This document shows positions 1-14,222 of a stretch of DNA of 64,000 nt, piece by piece (the first letter of the stretch is position 1; every line of letters begins with the position of its first letter). The position numbers and the translations under genes are program-made. Source of the stretch: Candidatus Omnitrophota bacterium. GTDB lineage: Bacteria > Omnitrophota > Gorgyraeia > Duberdicusellales > 4484-171. Location of the stretch: positions 16,948-80,947 of the forward strand of contig WJJJ01000026.1 of NCBI GenBank assembly GCA_014729775.1, in the 5' to 3' direction. The notes below the pieces were generated by a model, which was given only the letters and a program-made list of their open reading frames with translations, had not been told where the DNA came from and did not search any database.

Positions 1-163
1 CCATGGCCGCCGCGAGAATCGGTACCGCGAATCTCTGCCCGCCGAATTCCCACGACACGTCCACTTCTTCTGGATTCAGCGTAACCTTCCCCGGCGCGAG
101 CGCGACTTCATCAAATCCGTAACACCTGCGGGCACGGCGCCCCATTCCAATCCATTCCGCCAT
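1..163 (-). CDS. IMP dehydrogenase/GMP reductase family protein, N-terminal fragment (gene runs off the window start)
   Basis: Minus-strand ATG at 161-163 preceded by GGAGG; translation MAEWIGMGRRARRCYGFDEVALAPGKVTLNPEEVDVSWEFGGQRFAVPILAAAM matches the conserved IMPDH/GuaC N-terminus (FDDVLLxP ... PxxSAAM). Not in the ORF track because it is truncated. Confidence 0.45.
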   Translation of the reverse strand, partial: MAEWIGMGRRARRCYGFDEVALAPGKVTLNPEEVDVSWEFGGQRFAVPILAAAM

Positions 164-245
164 AAGAAACCTCCTATTCCCTTGTCACAACCGCGTAAAA
201 ATACTCCTGCTGATTCATCTTCTCAGCCCCATCCAGAATCCAGGA

Positions 246-1238
246 TCACGCTTCCCTCTCTCCTGATTCCGCGCCCTGCACGGCCTCTTCCGATCGCGGG
301 GGCAATGCCCGCTCCAGTTCCTCGCGAAGACATGCTTCCGGATCCGGGTATTCCGGCTCCTTCCATTCCGGAGCGGTATCGTTCAACAGATATTCGGCCA
401 GCATGCGTCCCTGCCGTCCGGAAATTTCTTCCTGACCGAAGAAAAATTTACGGTGTGCCGCATCGTCTCCGGTCACGCTTCCCGCACAGAACACGCGCTC
501 CAAATTAGTAAAAAACACCCCGAAGGTCTCGGCACCTTCAGGCAGGAAACGGGTTGCCGGCTCAAAACCGGAATCTTTGATCACGATCTGCGCCGACAGC
601 ACTTTCAACGGCTCAAGTTTTACCGCCTTGACCATTTTTTCCCCGATTATTTCGGCCAGCGCGGCTCCCTCGTATATTTCAATGCGGTGTTGACCGCATC
701 GTTCAAAGACCAGTTCACGCGAATTTCCGAGAAACCCGAAATCCTTTCCCACCAGCCGTACCCGCATCTTGCACCGGGCACAGGCGAACGCCCACCGGAT
801 TCCCTGCCAGGTAGAAGCTTCGATACACACTTCTTCGCTGATTTTCAGGTAATCGTTCACTTTCAAAAGATTGAGGTCCGAAAGATACGAAAATCCTTCC
901 CGGTGCACTCCCCGCAGATCTTCTTTTCTGGACTGCATTCCGGAGGCTACCGCGAGGGTGCCGTATTCATGCGTATTTCCGCTTTTCAGCACGACTTTGC
1001 GCCTGTGCGGCCGTACCTGAACTGCCGGCGCACAGATAAATTCGATGCGCTGTCCCGCGGCCCACCGGTCCAGACGCAGCGGCGCCGGAAACGTATCGGC
1101 AAAAATAAAGGATCGGTTCTCCCACACCGCCGGCCGGGCGTCAATGAGCGTGATCGGCAGCGAGACGTGCTGCGCTCTGACCGTTTCAATAAGATTCCGT
1201 CCTGCGTTTCCGCCCCCGATCACCGTAAGCTGTTTCAT
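246..1238 (-). CDS. FAD/NAD(P)-dependent pyridine nucleotide-disulfide oxidoreductase family protein
   Basis: N-terminal Rossmann motif VIGGGNAG, second dinucleotide-binding region (VRLVGKDFGF), 330 aa. Confidence 0.7.
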   Translation of the reverse strand: MKQLTVIGGGNAGRNLIETVRAQHVSLPITLIDARPAVWENRSFIFADTFPAPLRLDRWAAGQRIEFICAPAVQVRPHRRKVVLKSGNTHEYGTLAVASGMQSRKEDLRGVHREGFSYLSDLNLLKVNDYLKISEEVCIEASTWQGIRWAFACARCKMRVRLVGKDFGFLGNSRELVFERCGQHRIEIYEGAALAEIIGEKMVKAVKLEPLKVLSAQIVIKDSGFEPATRFLPEGAETFGVFFTNLERVFCAGSVTGDDAAHRKFFFGQEEISGRQGRMLAEYLLNDTAPEWKEPEYPDPEACLREELERALPPRSEEAVQGAESGEREA

Positions 1239-2083
1239 TTTTCCTGTTTCGTCCTTCGGGCCGCGGTCACCGCGTTATCCAGTAAAAAAAGCGGGGTCAA
1301 TTTCCCCACGCCTCCGGGGACGGGCGTCACCGCGGATGCCTTCGCTTGTATCCGTTCAAATTCCACATCTCCGCAAAGTTTTCCGTCTTTGCGCCCGGTC
1401 CCCACGTCGATGACCACGGCTTCCGGCCGGATCCAGTCGGCTTTCACCAATTCCGGCACACCGGCAGCGGAAATAACGATCTCGGCGTTTTGCAGGAACC
1501 GGGGAAGGTCCCCCCGTTCATGAGTAGCGATGTGCGTAATCGTAACCGTCGCCATCCTCCGGCCCAGCAGTAACGCGAGCGGTTTTCCGATTAACGTGGA
1601 AAAACCGATCAGCGTCACTTTTTTCCCGTACAGATCCGGACTGACGAGAGAGAGAACTTTCAGCACACTGCGTACCGTCGGCGAAAGAAAGACCGGTTCC
1701 CCGCTGAATAGCTTGCCCAGGTTCCAGGGTGTCATCCCCTCTACGTCCTTCCGCGGGTCCAGCGCGGCAAACACCTCTTCTTCTTTCCAGCCGGGTGGGA
1801 ATGGTTTATGTACGCATATTCCCGTCACCTTCTCGTCTCTGTTCAACGCGTCGAGCGCTTCGCGTAGTGCACTCAATGACGTGTCTTTCCCGAGCACGAT
1901 CCTTCGGTATTCGATCCCGATCTCGCGCGCGAGGCGCTCCTGTGAAGCCAAATACACTCCGCTGGAAAATTGATCTCCTATCGCAACCGATGCCAACACG
2001 CAGGGCGGAGCGCTTTTGACTTTCCGCACCAAATCGGATTTCAGTACGTCATGGGTATGCTTGGTTTCTATGACTCTTCCCAT
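1235..2083 (-). CDS. folD: bifunctional methylenetetrahydrofolate dehydrogenase/methenyl-THF cyclohydrolase FolD
   Basis: Motifs GICVHKPFP, GKKVTLIGFSTLIGKPLALLL, VTITHIATH, PVPGGVGKLT; 282 aa. Confidence 0.9.
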   Translation of the reverse strand: MGRVIETKHTHDVLKSDLVRKVKSAPPCVLASVAIGDQFSSGVYLASQERLAREIGIEYRRIVLGKDTSLSALREALDALNRDEKVTGICVHKPFPPGWKEEEVFAALDPRKDVEGMTPWNLGKLFSGEPVFLSPTVRSVLKVLSLVSPDLYGKKVTLIGFSTLIGKPLALLLGRRMATVTITHIATHERGDLPRFLQNAEIVISAAGVPELVKADWIRPEAVVIDVGTGRKDGKLCGDVEFERIQAKASAVTPVPGGVGKLTPLFLLDNAVTAARRTKQEK

Positions 2084-2598
2084 CGTTCCAATTCCGCGGC
2101 AAATACCGCCGATTCTTCGCCGGTCACGCCGAACAGATGCTCGTTGGCTTCAAGATTATTCAGACAGGCGCGCAGCGCCAGCCGCGCGCATTGATCCCCT
2201 AATACAAAATCGGAATAAATACTTTTCTTTATACCAGATTCTGACTTTTTTACAAGCGCGTGAAGTGCCGTACAGGCTCGGCCGGTGGTGAGAACAATGC
2301 CCTGACATCGCTCTGCCGCACCCTTCCGTGCATCTCCCCGGAGAGACATCACTTCGGCGAACACTTTTCCGTCCAAATCGATATGTCCGGCCACTCGTTC
2401 ACGCAGGGACGAAAGCAGGGCAAGTTCATCTGCGTAACTCTGTTCCCGGGAAGCGGAATACCTCAGCGCTTTTTCCACCAGCCCCGCGCCGAGACAGAGC
2501 AGCAGAGCGGCAACGCTCCCTCCCCCGGGGGCGGGACTGCGTTGGCGCAAATCATTCAAAAAGGGGAGCACACATTCAAGATACTTCTGTTCACTCAT
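2068..2598 (-). CDS. cyclodeaminase/cyclohydrolase (formiminotransferase-cyclodeaminase C-terminal domain-like, FchA-type)
   Basis: SPAPGGGSVAAL motif typical of FTCD_C/methenyl-THF cyclohydrolase; adjacent to folD as often seen. Confidence 0.65.
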   Translation of the reverse strand: MSEQKYLECVLPFLNDLRQRSPAPGGGSVAALLLCLGAGLVEKALRYSASREQSYADELALLSSLRERVAGHIDLDGKVFAEVMSLRGDARKGAAERCQGIVLTTGRACTALHALVKKSESGIKKSIYSDFVLGDQCARLALRACLNNLEANEHLFGVTGEESAVFAAELERWEES

Positions 2599-2945
2599 AA
2601 ATTTCGGTGTTCAAACGCGTCTTTGATCAATACATACTGCGCCCAGCGCCGGCCGAAGGTGATCTCCACGACGTCATACCCCAATTGCTCGCCGGGATAT
2701 TCCGGCGCATAACAGGCGGCAACGTGCGAAATTCGCCTCTGCTTGTTCCGGGTAACCGCCTCTCGTCCCCGGCATAACGCACCGGCGCGGCGGGCTTTCA
2801 CCTCGATGAACCGTACGCCCTCTCCGTTCCGGGCGAGAATATCCACTTCTCCGCGGCGGGTACGGATATTGGTCTTCAGTATCCGGTAGCCTTTCCGCCG
2901 CAGGAACTCACAGGCATCGCGCTCAGCCGTCCGCCCTCTGCGCAT
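2595..2945 (-). CDS. yraN: YraN family (UPF0102) endonuclease
   Basis: YraN-like core (GYRIL..N.R...GE.DI.A; FIEVKAR). Start taken at an internal Met, because the ORF-track N-terminus overlaps rnhB in another frame. Confidence 0.6.
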   Translation of the reverse strand: MRRGRTAERDACEFLRRKGYRILKTNIRTRRGEVDILARNGEGVRFIEVKARRAGALCRGREAVTRNKQRRISHVAACYAPEYPGEQLGYDVVEITFGRRWAQYVLIKDAFEHRNL

Positions 2946-3534
2946 ACTCCCCGATCTGACGGCGATGACAGGGCCGGTAACTTTTCCGGTGGAACAGAGA
3001 CGCTTCCCGGCGCTGCAATAATTCCCTGTGCCGGGCGGTCGGATACCCCTTATGCCGGGCAAAGTCCCACTCCGGCCATACGCAATGCGCCAGCTCCATA
3101 CAATGATCACGCGCCACCTTCGCCACGATCGACGCGCAGGAAACTTCCAAAACCCGGGCATCGGCTCCTTTTTCGCAGCGAATCCGCACCGGCAACGAAG
3201 TACGGAAACAGGGCCCGTCGATGACGAATTCCGCGGTGCTCAGCTGAGGAGCTTTCTTTAACAGCCCCGAGATCGCCCGTTCGAAGGCGAGGAACGTGGC
3301 TTTGAGAATATTAAGTTCGTCGATCTCCCCTTCCCGGGAGAGCGCGACCGCAAACAGCGCGTACTGCCGGAGCCATTGAAATATTTCCTGACGTTGCCGC
3401 GGCGGAGTTTTTTTCGAGTCTCTCACGCGAAATCCAGGACGGCGGGGCAGCCATAACGCACAGCTCACCACCGGACCGGCCAGCGGACCTCTCCCCGCTT
3501 CGTCGACTCCAACCCGCAATAGGCTCATTGGCAC
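2923..3534 (-). CDS. rnhB: ribonuclease HII
   Basis: GVDEAGRGPLAGPVV catalytic motif; 203 aa. Confidence 0.9.
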   Translation of the reverse strand: MPMSLLRVGVDEAGRGPLAGPVVSCALWLPRRPGFRVRDSKKTPPRQRQEIFQWLRQYALFAVALSREGEIDELNILKATFLAFERAISGLLKKAPQLSTAEFVIDGPCFRTSLPVRIRCEKGADARVLEVSCASIVAKVARDHCMELAHCVWPEWDFARHKGYPTARHRELLQRREASLFHRKSYRPCHRRQIGEYAQRADG

Positions 3535-3885
3535 TTACGTCTGCATTGCTTTCTTTCCGACCCGGCCGCGAAGATAGTACAACCGTTTCCGGCGTGGTTT
3601 CCGTTTGGTGCGTTTGAGCAGCTCAATCCGGCTGATCTTCGGAGAATAATAGGGAAACGTCACCTCATACGCCTCACCGTACGCGATCCGCCGCAGGGTA
3701 AAAGACTTCCGGTGCATTTGCCCCTGTATCTTCAGTACGATCCCCTGCACCGGATGAATCCGTTCTTTATCCCGTTCCCGGATCTTATAGAAGACTTTAA
3801 TCAGATCCCCCTGTGAGAATTCAGGATAATCTTCCCGTTCCATCTGCGCTTTCAGCTCTTTTTCGACTTCAAACAATTTTCCCAT
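3535..3885 (-). CDS. rplS: 50S ribosomal protein L19
   Basis: 116 aa, L19 signature (HPVQGIVLKIQG..., YSPKISRIEL); follows trmD as in the conserved trmD-rplS arrangement. Confidence 0.9.
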   Translation of the reverse strand: MGKLFEVEKELKAQMEREDYPEFSQGDLIKVFYKIRERDKERIHPVQGIVLKIQGQMHRKSFTLRRIAYGEAYEVTFPYYSPKISRIELLKRTKRKPRRKRLYYLRGRVGKKAMQT

Positions 3886-3946
3886 GAGATCCTCCTTCTT
3901 TGCGCGTAAGTAGTGTCCGTTTCTTTTTTTGCTTTTGTGGTACCTT

Positions 3947-6001
<2,055 letters not shown>

Positions 6002-6136
6002 AGAAAGGATCCCTCCCGGGAATTCAGTTCTTTTGGAGCCGTGCTTCCGTTCACCTGCACCGGAAAATCACCCTCTCCCCTCATGGGACGTTCCCCCATG
6101 CCGGTTGCGGAGACGGAATTCATTGTCGAAGGAGAA

Positions 6137-6592
6137 TTACGATTCGAATTTTTGAAACAGGGCGATGATGTCACTGCTCTTTTCTGCCGCCATCAGTTCG
6201 CGGCGGAACGCCGCGTCCATCAACAACTTGGAAAGCTCGGCAAGAAGACGCAGATATAGATTCAGTTCCTGCGGATTGGCGCCCATGAGAAAAATTAGAT
6301 GTACCGGTTCGCCGTCCAGCGCGCTGAAGTCGACCCCGGACGAAGACTTCCCGAACCCGATCAGAAAACCGTCCACCGAATCGGTGCGGGAGTGAGGGAT
6401 CGCGACGCCGTGTCCGATCCCGGTCGAACCCAGCGATTCCCGCTCCAGGATATCCCGGATAAAAGCCTCCTGCTCGTTAATTTCTCCGCCGCTGTTGAGT
6501 GAACCTGCGATTTCGCGAATCGCTTCCTCTTTATTTTGAGCCGAAAGGTTCATCTGACATGCGTGCTCTTTCAAATAGTCCGAAATTTTCAT
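6137..6592 (-). CDS. ptsN: PTS EIIA type-2 domain protein (PtsN-like nitrogen regulatory IIA)
   Basis: GIGHGVAIPH active-site His motif. Start moved to the internal MKISDYLKE Met, which has AAGGAGA upstream. Confidence 0.7.
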   Translation of the reverse strand: MKISDYLKEHACQMNLSAQNKEEAIREIAGSLNSGGEINEQEAFIRDILERESLGSTGIGHGVAIPHSRTDSVDGFLIGFGKSSSGVDFSALDGEPVHLIFLMGANPQELNLYLRLLAELSKLLMDAAFRRELMAAEKSSDIIALFQKFES

Positions 6593-6614
6593 CGACTTCT
6601 CCTTACTTTGGTGT

Positions 6615-7094
6615 TTATATTGACCCGTAAAGCATTTCCACTTTTTCGTAATCCTTGACCACGACCACCGTACAGGGGGATTCACGAAAAATCCGTTCCC
6701 CTTCATCGTAAAAGATTTCCTTACGGGAAACCGCTTCTTTCAATTCTCCCATCACCAGCATATCAGCATTCAGCTGTTTGATCGTTTCCACGACTTCATC
6801 ATGGACCACACCCCGGGTCAGCACCGGTTCGAACGCGACGCCTTTTTGTTCGGCCATCCTCCGAACCCGCTCCAGGAACCTGCGGCCCTGCTCCTCCAAA
6901 TCACTTTCGTATCCCTGCGCCTCGACTTCCACGAAAATCTTGCTTTTCAGCAGGTCACCCAGCGCTTTTTCATCAACCACATATACCGCGGTAAGTTTCG
7001 CGTCCAGCTGCTGAGCCAGATAGACCGCGTACTTTGCGGTTAATAAAGACACCACGCCGCCGGCGACGGATACCACGATATTCTTTATTCCCAT
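6615..7094 (-). CDS. universal stress protein UspA family
   Basis: 159 aa, USP fold motifs (IVVSVAG, ADMLVMG, SPCTVVVVK). Confidence 0.75.
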   Translation of the reverse strand: MGIKNIVVSVAGGVVSLLTAKYAVYLAQQLDAKLTAVYVVDEKALGDLLKSKIFVEVEAQGYESDLEEQGRRFLERVRRMAEQKGVAFEPVLTRGVVHDEVVETIKQLNADMLVMGELKEAVSRKEIFYDEGERIFRESPCTVVVVKDYEKVEMLYGSI

Positions 7095-7119
7095 CCCATC
7101 CTCCTTTACTCGGTATGGA

Positions 7120-7737
7120 TTATTTCTTCCGCATCCGTTCTTTGAGCACTTTCAGCAGGGAAAATGCATCACGCGCTTCCTCTTCTAACCGTTCGCCGAT
7201 ATACTTGACGTTTTCCCGGTAATGCGGAAGATATATTCTTTCCAATCCGTTCACTTTTTTTATCGTCCGCTGGACTTCTTTCGCGATACGCAGAAGCGCG
7301 ATCTTTTTCTCCGCAAGCTGCGCGGCGAGTTCGAGGATTCTTTTAAACTTCACGATCACTTCATCCACATAGGTGCTCACCTCGAACGGACTGTAATAAG
7401 GAGGGTTTTCTTTCACGCGCAGACGGATTACCGGGATGGTCACTCCCATAATCCTCCGCTGAGAGATCGATAATGAAGAAGTGATGTCCACGGCACGGCT
7501 CAGCTCATCGACCCGTTCCCGTCCCATGTGCACCACGGCTTTCTCCGCGAGCGCGTACCCTTGGTGCAGCGCTTCGTCGATATCTTTTTGAAGCCTGTCC
7601 ACCATATGCACCAGCGCGCTTAATTCGCCCATGAGTATCCTGCGTTTCTCATCCAGAAGCTGATGCCCCTCTTCGGTAGTGGACAACAGCTTCTTCATCT
7701 TCAGCAGATTGGTTTTCGTCGCCGGAACATGATTCAT
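7120..7737 (-). CDS. atpD: V/A-type ATP synthase subunit D
   Basis: N-terminus [13 protein letters not shown] and coiled-coil architecture of V-type subunit D; last gene of the operon. Confidence 0.85.
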   Translation of the reverse strand: MNHVPATKTNLLKMKKLLSTTEEGHQLLDEKRRILMGELSALVHMVDRLQKDIDEALHQGYALAEKAVVHMGRERVDELSRAVDITSSLSISQRRIMGVTIPVIRLRVKENPPYYSPFEVSTYVDEVIVKFKRILELAAQLAEKKIALLRIAKEVQRTIKKVNGLERIYLPHYRENVKYIGERLEEEARDAFSLLKVLKERMRKK

Positions 7738-9116
7738 GTGCGTTTCTTGTAATGCATCTTTATTTCTTCTTCTTTTACCCGAACCAGTTCGTCGGGAGGA
7801 AGCAGTGACAGCACGTCCCAGCCGAGTGTCAACCCTTCTTCCAGATCACGGCGCTGCGCGGGATCCTGGGAGAGAAAGCGGCGCTCGAATTCGTCCCCGA
7901 AACGCAGATATCTGCGGTCCAGCGGGGAAAGTTCCTCCTCGCCGATAATCGAGGCCAACGCGCGGATATCTTTTACGTGCGCGTAACAGGCGAACAACTG
8001 AGATGCCAGAGAAGGATGATCGGAACGGGTCATTCCGCTCCCGATATTATCCTTCATGAGACGGGATAACGAAGGCAATCCCGCGATCGGAGGATAAATG
8101 CCGCGGTTGTTCAATTCGCGTTCCAGGACGATCTGTCCCTCGGTGATATACCCGGTAAGATCGGGAATGGGATGGGTAATATCATCGTTAGGCATCGTCA
8201 CGATCGGCAGTTGCGTGATCGACCCTCTTTTCCCTCTCACCATTCCGGCGCGTTCATACAGTCCGGCGAGCTCGCTGTATAAATACCCGGGATAGCCTTT
8301 ACGCGCGGGGATCTCGCCGCGGATAGTCGATAATTCGCGCAGGGCCTCGCAGTAATTGGCCATGTCAGTCATGATCACCAGCACATGAAGGTCCTTTTCA
8401 AAAGCCAGGAACTCCGCGCAGGTAAGCGCGAGCCGGGGAGTAAGAAGCCGTTCAATGGAAGGACTGTCTGCCAAACTGAGAAACATGGCAACCCGTTCCA
8501 GCACTCCGGATTCCCGAAAACTGCGCATAAAAAATTGAGCGGTGTCGTATTTCACTCCCATCGCGGCGAAGATTACGCAAAAGCGTTCGTCTGCGACTTT
8601 CGCCTGGCGGGCAATCTGCGTCGCCAGCAGATCATGGGGCAGTCCGCTTCCGGAAAACACCGGTAATTTTTGTCCCCGTACAAGGGTATTCATGACGTCG
8701 ATCGCCGAAATTCCGGTTTCGATAATATTTTTGGGATAGTCTCTTGCCGTGGGATTGATCGGAAGCCCGTTGACGTTCATCGCGTGCTCGTATACCGGTT
8801 TGGGCATTCCGTCGAGGGGATTCCCAAGCCCGTCAAATACCCTGCCAAGCATATCCTCGGAAACCCCGATGGAAAGCGGCCGCTCCTTGAATTTCACCCG
8901 GCAATTCCGCAGAGAGAACCCGCTCGTCCCCCCCAATGCCTCGACGACCGCGAACTCCTTTCCGACTTCAAGCGTAATGCCTATTCGCGTGCGTCCCTTC
9001 TCATCGGTGATCTCCACCAGCTCGTTGTATCCGACATTGTGGATATTGCGGATAAGAAATATCGGACCGACGATTTCTTCGAATCCGGTATACTCTCTCA
9101 AACGGTAATCAGACAT
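7734..9116 (-). CDS. atpB: V/A-type ATP synthase subunit B
   Basis: 460 aa, regulatory subunit B motifs ([15 protein letters not shown]). Confidence 0.9.
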   Translation of the reverse strand: MSDYRLREYTGFEEIVGPIFLIRNIHNVGYNELVEITDEKGRTRIGITLEVGKEFAVVEALGGTSGFSLRNCRVKFKERPLSIGVSEDMLGRVFDGLGNPLDGMPKPVYEHAMNVNGLPINPTARDYPKNIIETGISAIDVMNTLVRGQKLPVFSGSGLPHDLLATQIARQAKVADERFCVIFAAMGVKYDTAQFFMRSFRESGVLERVAMFLSLADSPSIERLLTPRLALTCAEFLAFEKDLHVLVIMTDMANYCEALRELSTIRGEIPARKGYPGYLYSELAGLYERAGMVRGKRGSITQLPIVTMPNDDITHPIPDLTGYITEGQIVLERELNNRGIYPPIAGLPSLSRLMKDNIGSGMTRSDHPSLASQLFACYAHVKDIRALASIIGEEELSPLDRRYLRFGDEFERRFLSQDPAQRRDLEEGLTLGWDVLSLLPPDELVRVKEEEIKMHYKKRT

Positions 9117-9133
9117 GTGACGGTTCCTCCCGC

Positions 9134-10888
9134 TTAAAAACTCAATTCCTCCAGAGACTGCCTGACTCGCTGCGGCAGACGCGCGAGTTCCTCCAGCATT
9201 TCCTCGGTATATTTAAAACGCATGCGTATCATGTCCTTATACACAGGCAGTATGCGCAGCTCCTCGATACTAATCCCCTGCTGTACCAGCTTGCCGGCCT
9301 GCTGGTAAAACTCAAGGATGGTCTTGAGCATCAAAAACTGCTTCTTGGGGGACGCGTAGGTATCCACCGCGTCATAGGCGCTTTGCTGCAAAAACGCGTT
9401 TTTGAATAAGGCGCAGGTCTCCAGTACCAGCCGCTGTTTTTGGGGGAGTACGTCCGGCCCCACCAGTTTGACGACCTGGCTCAGCCGTTCCTCCTGTTGA
9501 AATAGATCCATCACTAAATAGCGCAGTGCGACCCATTCCCGGTCGACATGCGCGAACCACCAGCCTTTGATATCATCGATATATTCCGAATAACTGCTGG
9601 TCCAGCTGATCGCCGGATAATGACGGGCATTCGCCAAATCCTTGTCTAAAGCCCAGAAACAGCGGACGAATCGTTTCGTGTGCGAGGTCACCGGCTCGGA
9701 AAAATCTCCTCCCGGCGGGGAAACCGAGGCGATAATCGTGATCGAGCCTCTCTCCCCGGACATTGTCTCCGCATTGCCCGCCCGTTCATAAAACGCCGCC
9801 AGCCTTGAAGGCAGGTAGGCGGGAAACCCTTCCTCCAGCGGCATTTCTTCCAGGCGGCCGGAAAGCTCTCTCAGCGCCTCAGCCCAGCGAGAGGTCGAAT
9901 CTCCCATCAGCGCGACGTGATATCCCATATCCCGGTAATATTCGGCGAGCGTGATACCGGTATAAATACTCGCTTCCCGGGCGGCTACCGGCATATTTGA
10001 GGTATTGGCGATAAAGATCGTCCGTTCCAAAAGAGGCTTTTGCGTCCGGGGGTCAATCAGTTTTGCGAAATTCATCAGCACGTCCGTCATCTCGTTGCCG
10101 CGTTCTCCGCAGCCCACGAATACTACCACATCCGCATCGCTCCATTTGGCGATTTGATGCTGGGTCACGGTTTTCCCCGTACCAAACCCTCCGGGAACCG
10201 CCACACATCCTCCCTTTGCCACCGGGAACAGCGTATCGATAATCCTCTGCCCGGTAAGCAACGGGACTTCGATCGGCCGCTTGGCTTTGATCGGCCGGGG
10301 ATTCCGCACCGGCCACCGCTGATGCAGAAATACCTCCCGCGATTCGCCCGCCTCCTCAACCACCGCGATCTTTTCATCAATGTGATACTCACCGGCGTCG
10401 GCAACCCAGATCAGCGTCCCCCGCACCTCCGGCGGACAGAGCACTTTGTGGAGAATCAAAGACGTTTCCTGCACCTCCCCGATCACTTCCCCTCCGGAAA
10501 TGCGGTCTCCGCTCTTTCTTTTCGGAAGAAAGGACCATTTCTTTTCCCGTGACAACGGCCGGGTCCGCATGCCCCGCTGAATGAATATCCCTTCCTGCTC
10601 GTAAATCACTTCCAGCGGCCGCTGAATGCCGTCGTAAATAGTACCGATCAGTCCCGGCCCGAGCTCCACCGAAAGCGGCGCGTCGGTACTGTATACCGGA
10701 TCTCCGGCTTTCAGCGAAGTGGTATCCTCATACACCTGGACAAAGGCGTGTTCACCTTTCAGCCGCACGACCTCACCGATCAAATGCTCCCGCCCGACTT
10801 CGACCATATCCAGCATGCGCACTCCCCGCACGCCCTCGACTTCGACCACCGGTCCGCTTACCCGGAACACTTTTCCCGCGACTAACAT
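9134..10888 (-). CDS. atpA: V/A-type ATP synthase catalytic subunit A
   Basis: 584 aa, Walker [23 protein letters not shown], characteristic non-homologous insert. Confidence 0.9.
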   Translation of the reverse strand: MLVAGKVFRVSGPVVEVEGVRGVRMLDMVEVGREHLIGEVVRLKGEHAFVQVYEDTTSLKAGDPVYSTDAPLSVELGPGLIGTIYDGIQRPLEVIYEQEGIFIQRGMRTRPLSREKKWSFLPKRKSGDRISGGEVIGEVQETSLILHKVLCPPEVRGTLIWVADAGEYHIDEKIAVVEEAGESREVFLHQRWPVRNPRPIKAKRPIEVPLLTGQRIIDTLFPVAKGGCVAVPGGFGTGKTVTQHQIAKWSDADVVVFVGCGERGNEMTDVLMNFAKLIDPRTQKPLLERTIFIANTSNMPVAAREASIYTGITLAEYYRDMGYHVALMGDSTSRWAEALRELSGRLEEMPLEEGFPAYLPSRLAAFYERAGNAETMSGERGSITIIASVSPPGGDFSEPVTSHTKRFVRCFWALDKDLANARHYPAISWTSSYSEYIDDIKGWWFAHVDREWVALRYLVMDLFQQEERLSQVVKLVGPDVLPQKQRLVLETCALFKNAFLQQSAYDAVDTYASPKKQFLMLKTILEFYQQAGKLVQQGISIEELRILPVYKDMIRMRFKYTEEMLEELARLPQRVRQSLEELSF

Positions 10889-11540
10889 TCTGCCTCCCTC
10901 AGTAGTTCCATGTAAATGTCGTCATACTGCCGCTGCAGCCTGGCCTGGAACCGGTTATCGTAGCGGAGACGTCCCTCGTCGGCTTCCAGCACTACCCCGA
11001 GGTCCTGAAACTGTCCCTCTTCCCAGTAGCAAACCACGGGTTTTCCGCATTGGTCATGAATACGTTCGCTCACTTCATTCCGAAAGCCGGAATCGAACAG
11101 GGGTGCGTCGTTGACCGCGTACCGCACGTGCAGCTGGGCACGGTCAATGACTTTCGCCCCCTCTAGGATCGCCTCCCGCAGAAACTGGCGGTACCCCGGA
11201 TCCTCCCGGAATTCCCGGGCGCGGCGCTTCACCTCCTCAAGAATCAACCGGGCGTAGGCGCTTTTTTGTTCCATCTGAGCCCGCCGTTTCTCTAAATGCA
11301 GGGAAGACAAATTTTTTTCCCGCAGTTTCTCCAGATCACTGCGGGCGGCAGACAGCATCTCATTCCGTTTCTCCCCAGCCGCGGCGCGCGCCTGGCGCCG
11401 GACATTTTCGGCATCACGTTCGGCACGTTCCCGGATACTGTGGATCTGTGTTTCGGCTTCAAGCCGGATCTGCTCGCAGATTTTCTCGGCATCCCGGGCA
11501 CTCATTGAAGAATAGTCGTTCGGTAATTGATTCATTCCGC

Positions 11541-11544
<4 letters not shown>
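10882..11544 (-). CDS. atpE: V/A-type ATP synthase subunit E
   Basis: 220 aa, N-terminal charged coiled coil plus C-terminal globular part, operon position between F and A. Confidence 0.7.
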
Positions 11545-12320
<776 letters not shown>

Positions 12321-14222
12321 TCATCCTTTCAAGGGCGAGTAGGTTTTATTCCCGGTCACAAAAAACTTGGAAAAAAACTCGTAATAATTGAGCCGGAGGG
12401 ACTGGATCGTCACCACCAGCCCTTCCAGCACGATCACGAAGACATTCCCCAGCAAAACCACTAAAAACGACAATGCGCCGCCGCCGATGGATGCGACCGC
12501 GCGGGACAACTCGAAGATCGCGATAAAAAGACCGGCATGGGCCAGGGCGAAAGCCGCAATTCGAATAAACGACAGCGTGTTGGCTAAATACCCCATAATG
12601 ATCTCCAGGATATCCACCATGCTTTCCATGAACGTCACCACGAAGCCCTCCCGTCTGCGCCGCAGGAGAGTTTCTGCCAGCGGTTTCAGAAACAGTATTC
12701 CCAGACCGGAACCGATCAGCGCGTACCAATGCACCGGCACCTCTCCTTTTTGGACAAAGATCTTGCTCACCACCCCGATCGCGATCCAGTACAGCGCTCC
12801 GGAAATCAGCCCCGCTTTGTCAAATAACGCTCTCAGGTAATTTCTGTCACGAATGGCGTTGATCACGTTGAGCACAATCCCCAGGGTGATCATCCCGATC
12901 CCGAAATACACACTGAGGGTAAAAATAGACATAATATCATGCAAAGGCTTGATCCACAAGGAGGGAAATTCAATCCCGAACACGCTGCCGAAGAGCACGC
13001 CGAACAGCGAAGAACTTATCCCGCAATATAACAGCAAAGCGCCCGCCTGGCGGATTTTTTCTTTTTGAGACCGGCGAAACAGCCATGCCGCGGCGCACAA
13101 TACCGCCCCATGGCCGATATCGCCGAACATCACGCCGAACATGAGTAAAAAACTGAAGGCGACGAATACCGTGGGATCAATCGAGCCGTAACGCGGCATC
13201 CCGTAGGAAGAGATCAGCAGTTCGAAGGGCTTCAGCAGCGCGTTATTTTGAAACCGTACCGGAACTTCTTCGTTTGCGATATGCAGTTGCCGCGGATCTC
13301 TCACCTCGACATACGAGGGAGACGCCGTGCGTTCGATCTCGCGAATGACCTGCTGTCTGGCCTCCTTCGGGACCCATCCGCAGAGCAGCGCGGTCCGTTC
13401 GGTCAAACAGGAAAACTTTTTCGCCTTCAGCAGGGACTGCCGTAGACGCAGGAAACTCCTTATCTGCGCCAGTTTTTCTTGCGACTCGGCGGCGAGCGCG
13501 GCCAATTGACGATCGATCTCTTCATTTTCCTGCCGGTAATGCGCGATTTTTTCCTTGATCTTGCCTTCAACATCGCCGGAAAGCATTCCCGGCTGGGCCG
13601 GCCACTCCATCGGTATCCAACCCACGTCATGAAGTGCTCTCTCAAAGACCGGCTTATCCTGTTTCAACCCCATGAGCATGGTCACCGCGGTATCTCCTTC
13701 GCGGCGATAAGGGTAAAGGATGTGCGGCACATCCTCCAGACTCCGCTCCAGCACCTGGAGATTCTCAGACGCGACTTTGCCCAGCGACACGTGAAGAAAG
13801 GTATAGACGGCCTTTCCCTGGAGCGGAAACATCAAATATTCTTTGATTTGGTATAAGAACATTTCCTGCCGGGAGACTTCTTCCCGCACCTGTTCTTTCT
13901 GCGCCAGCAGAGGGGCCGCCTTCTGTTCAATCCGGCCCAATACTTCGCGGAGCTCCTGATATGAAAAGGAAGGAAAGGTGGACGCCGCCGGAAGTGAAAC
14001 GCCGAGCGTTCGAAGAAGATGGGTGAGCTTCGCCTCCAGCGTGTCCAATTCGGTGAATTCCCGGCTGAGATTACAGCCGGAAAGGCTTCCCAGCTCCTGT
14101 TCGATATCGCGAAGGTCAACGGGATGGAACAGTCCCGTATGTACCAGGCGGGGTACGAGTTCGTCGAGCTTTTCCTTGAATACGACCACGCTCAACAGCT
14201 CCATCGAAGAAGGGGTCAGCAT
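12321..14222 (-). CDS. atpI: V/A-type ATP synthase subunit I (a-subunit, 116 kDa type)
   Basis: 633 aa, soluble N-terminal half and polytopic C-terminal half with the conserved Arg region (IRIAAFALAHAGL). Confidence 0.8.
   Translation of the reverse strand: MLTPSSMELLSVVVFKEKLDELVPRLVHTGLFHPVDLRDIEQELGSLSGCNLSREFTELDTLEAKLTHLLRTLGVSLPAASTFPSFSYQELREVLGRIEQKAAPLLAQKEQVREEVSRQEMFLYQIKEYLMFPLQGKAVYTFLHVSLGKVASENLQVLERSLEDVPHILYPYRREGDTAVTMLMGLKQDKPVFERALHDVGWIPMEWPAQPGMLSGDVEGKIKEKIAHYRQENEEIDRQLAALAAESQEKLAQIRSFLRLRQSLLKAKKFSCLTERTALLCGWVPKEARQQVIREIERTASPSYVEVRDPRQLHIANEEVPVRFQNNALLKPFELLISSYGMPRYGSIDPTVFVAFSFLLMFGVMFGDIGHGAVLCAAAWLFRRSQKEKIRQAGALLLYCGISSSLFGVLFGSVFGIEFPSLWIKPLHDIMSIFTLSVYFGIGMITLGIVLNVINAIRDRNYLRALFDKAGLISGALYWIAIGVVSKIFVQKGEVPVHWYALIGSGLGILFLKPLAETLLRRRREGFVVTFMESMVDILEIIMGYLANTLSFIRIAAFALAHAGLFIAIFELSRAVASIGGGALSFLVVLLGNVFVIVLEGLVVTIQSLRLNYYEFFSKFFVTGNKTYSPLKG

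Noticed and set aside
453-1523. Long plus-strand ORFs throughout the window (e.g. 453-1523, 16669-17706, 27418-28278, 40048-41127, 57012-57878)
   Set aside because: Each lies entirely antisense to a well-supported minus-strand gene. Their translations are low-complexity and Arg/Pro/Ser-rich, typical of stop-codon-poor reverse frames in high-GC DNA. None has a recognisable motif or an RBS.
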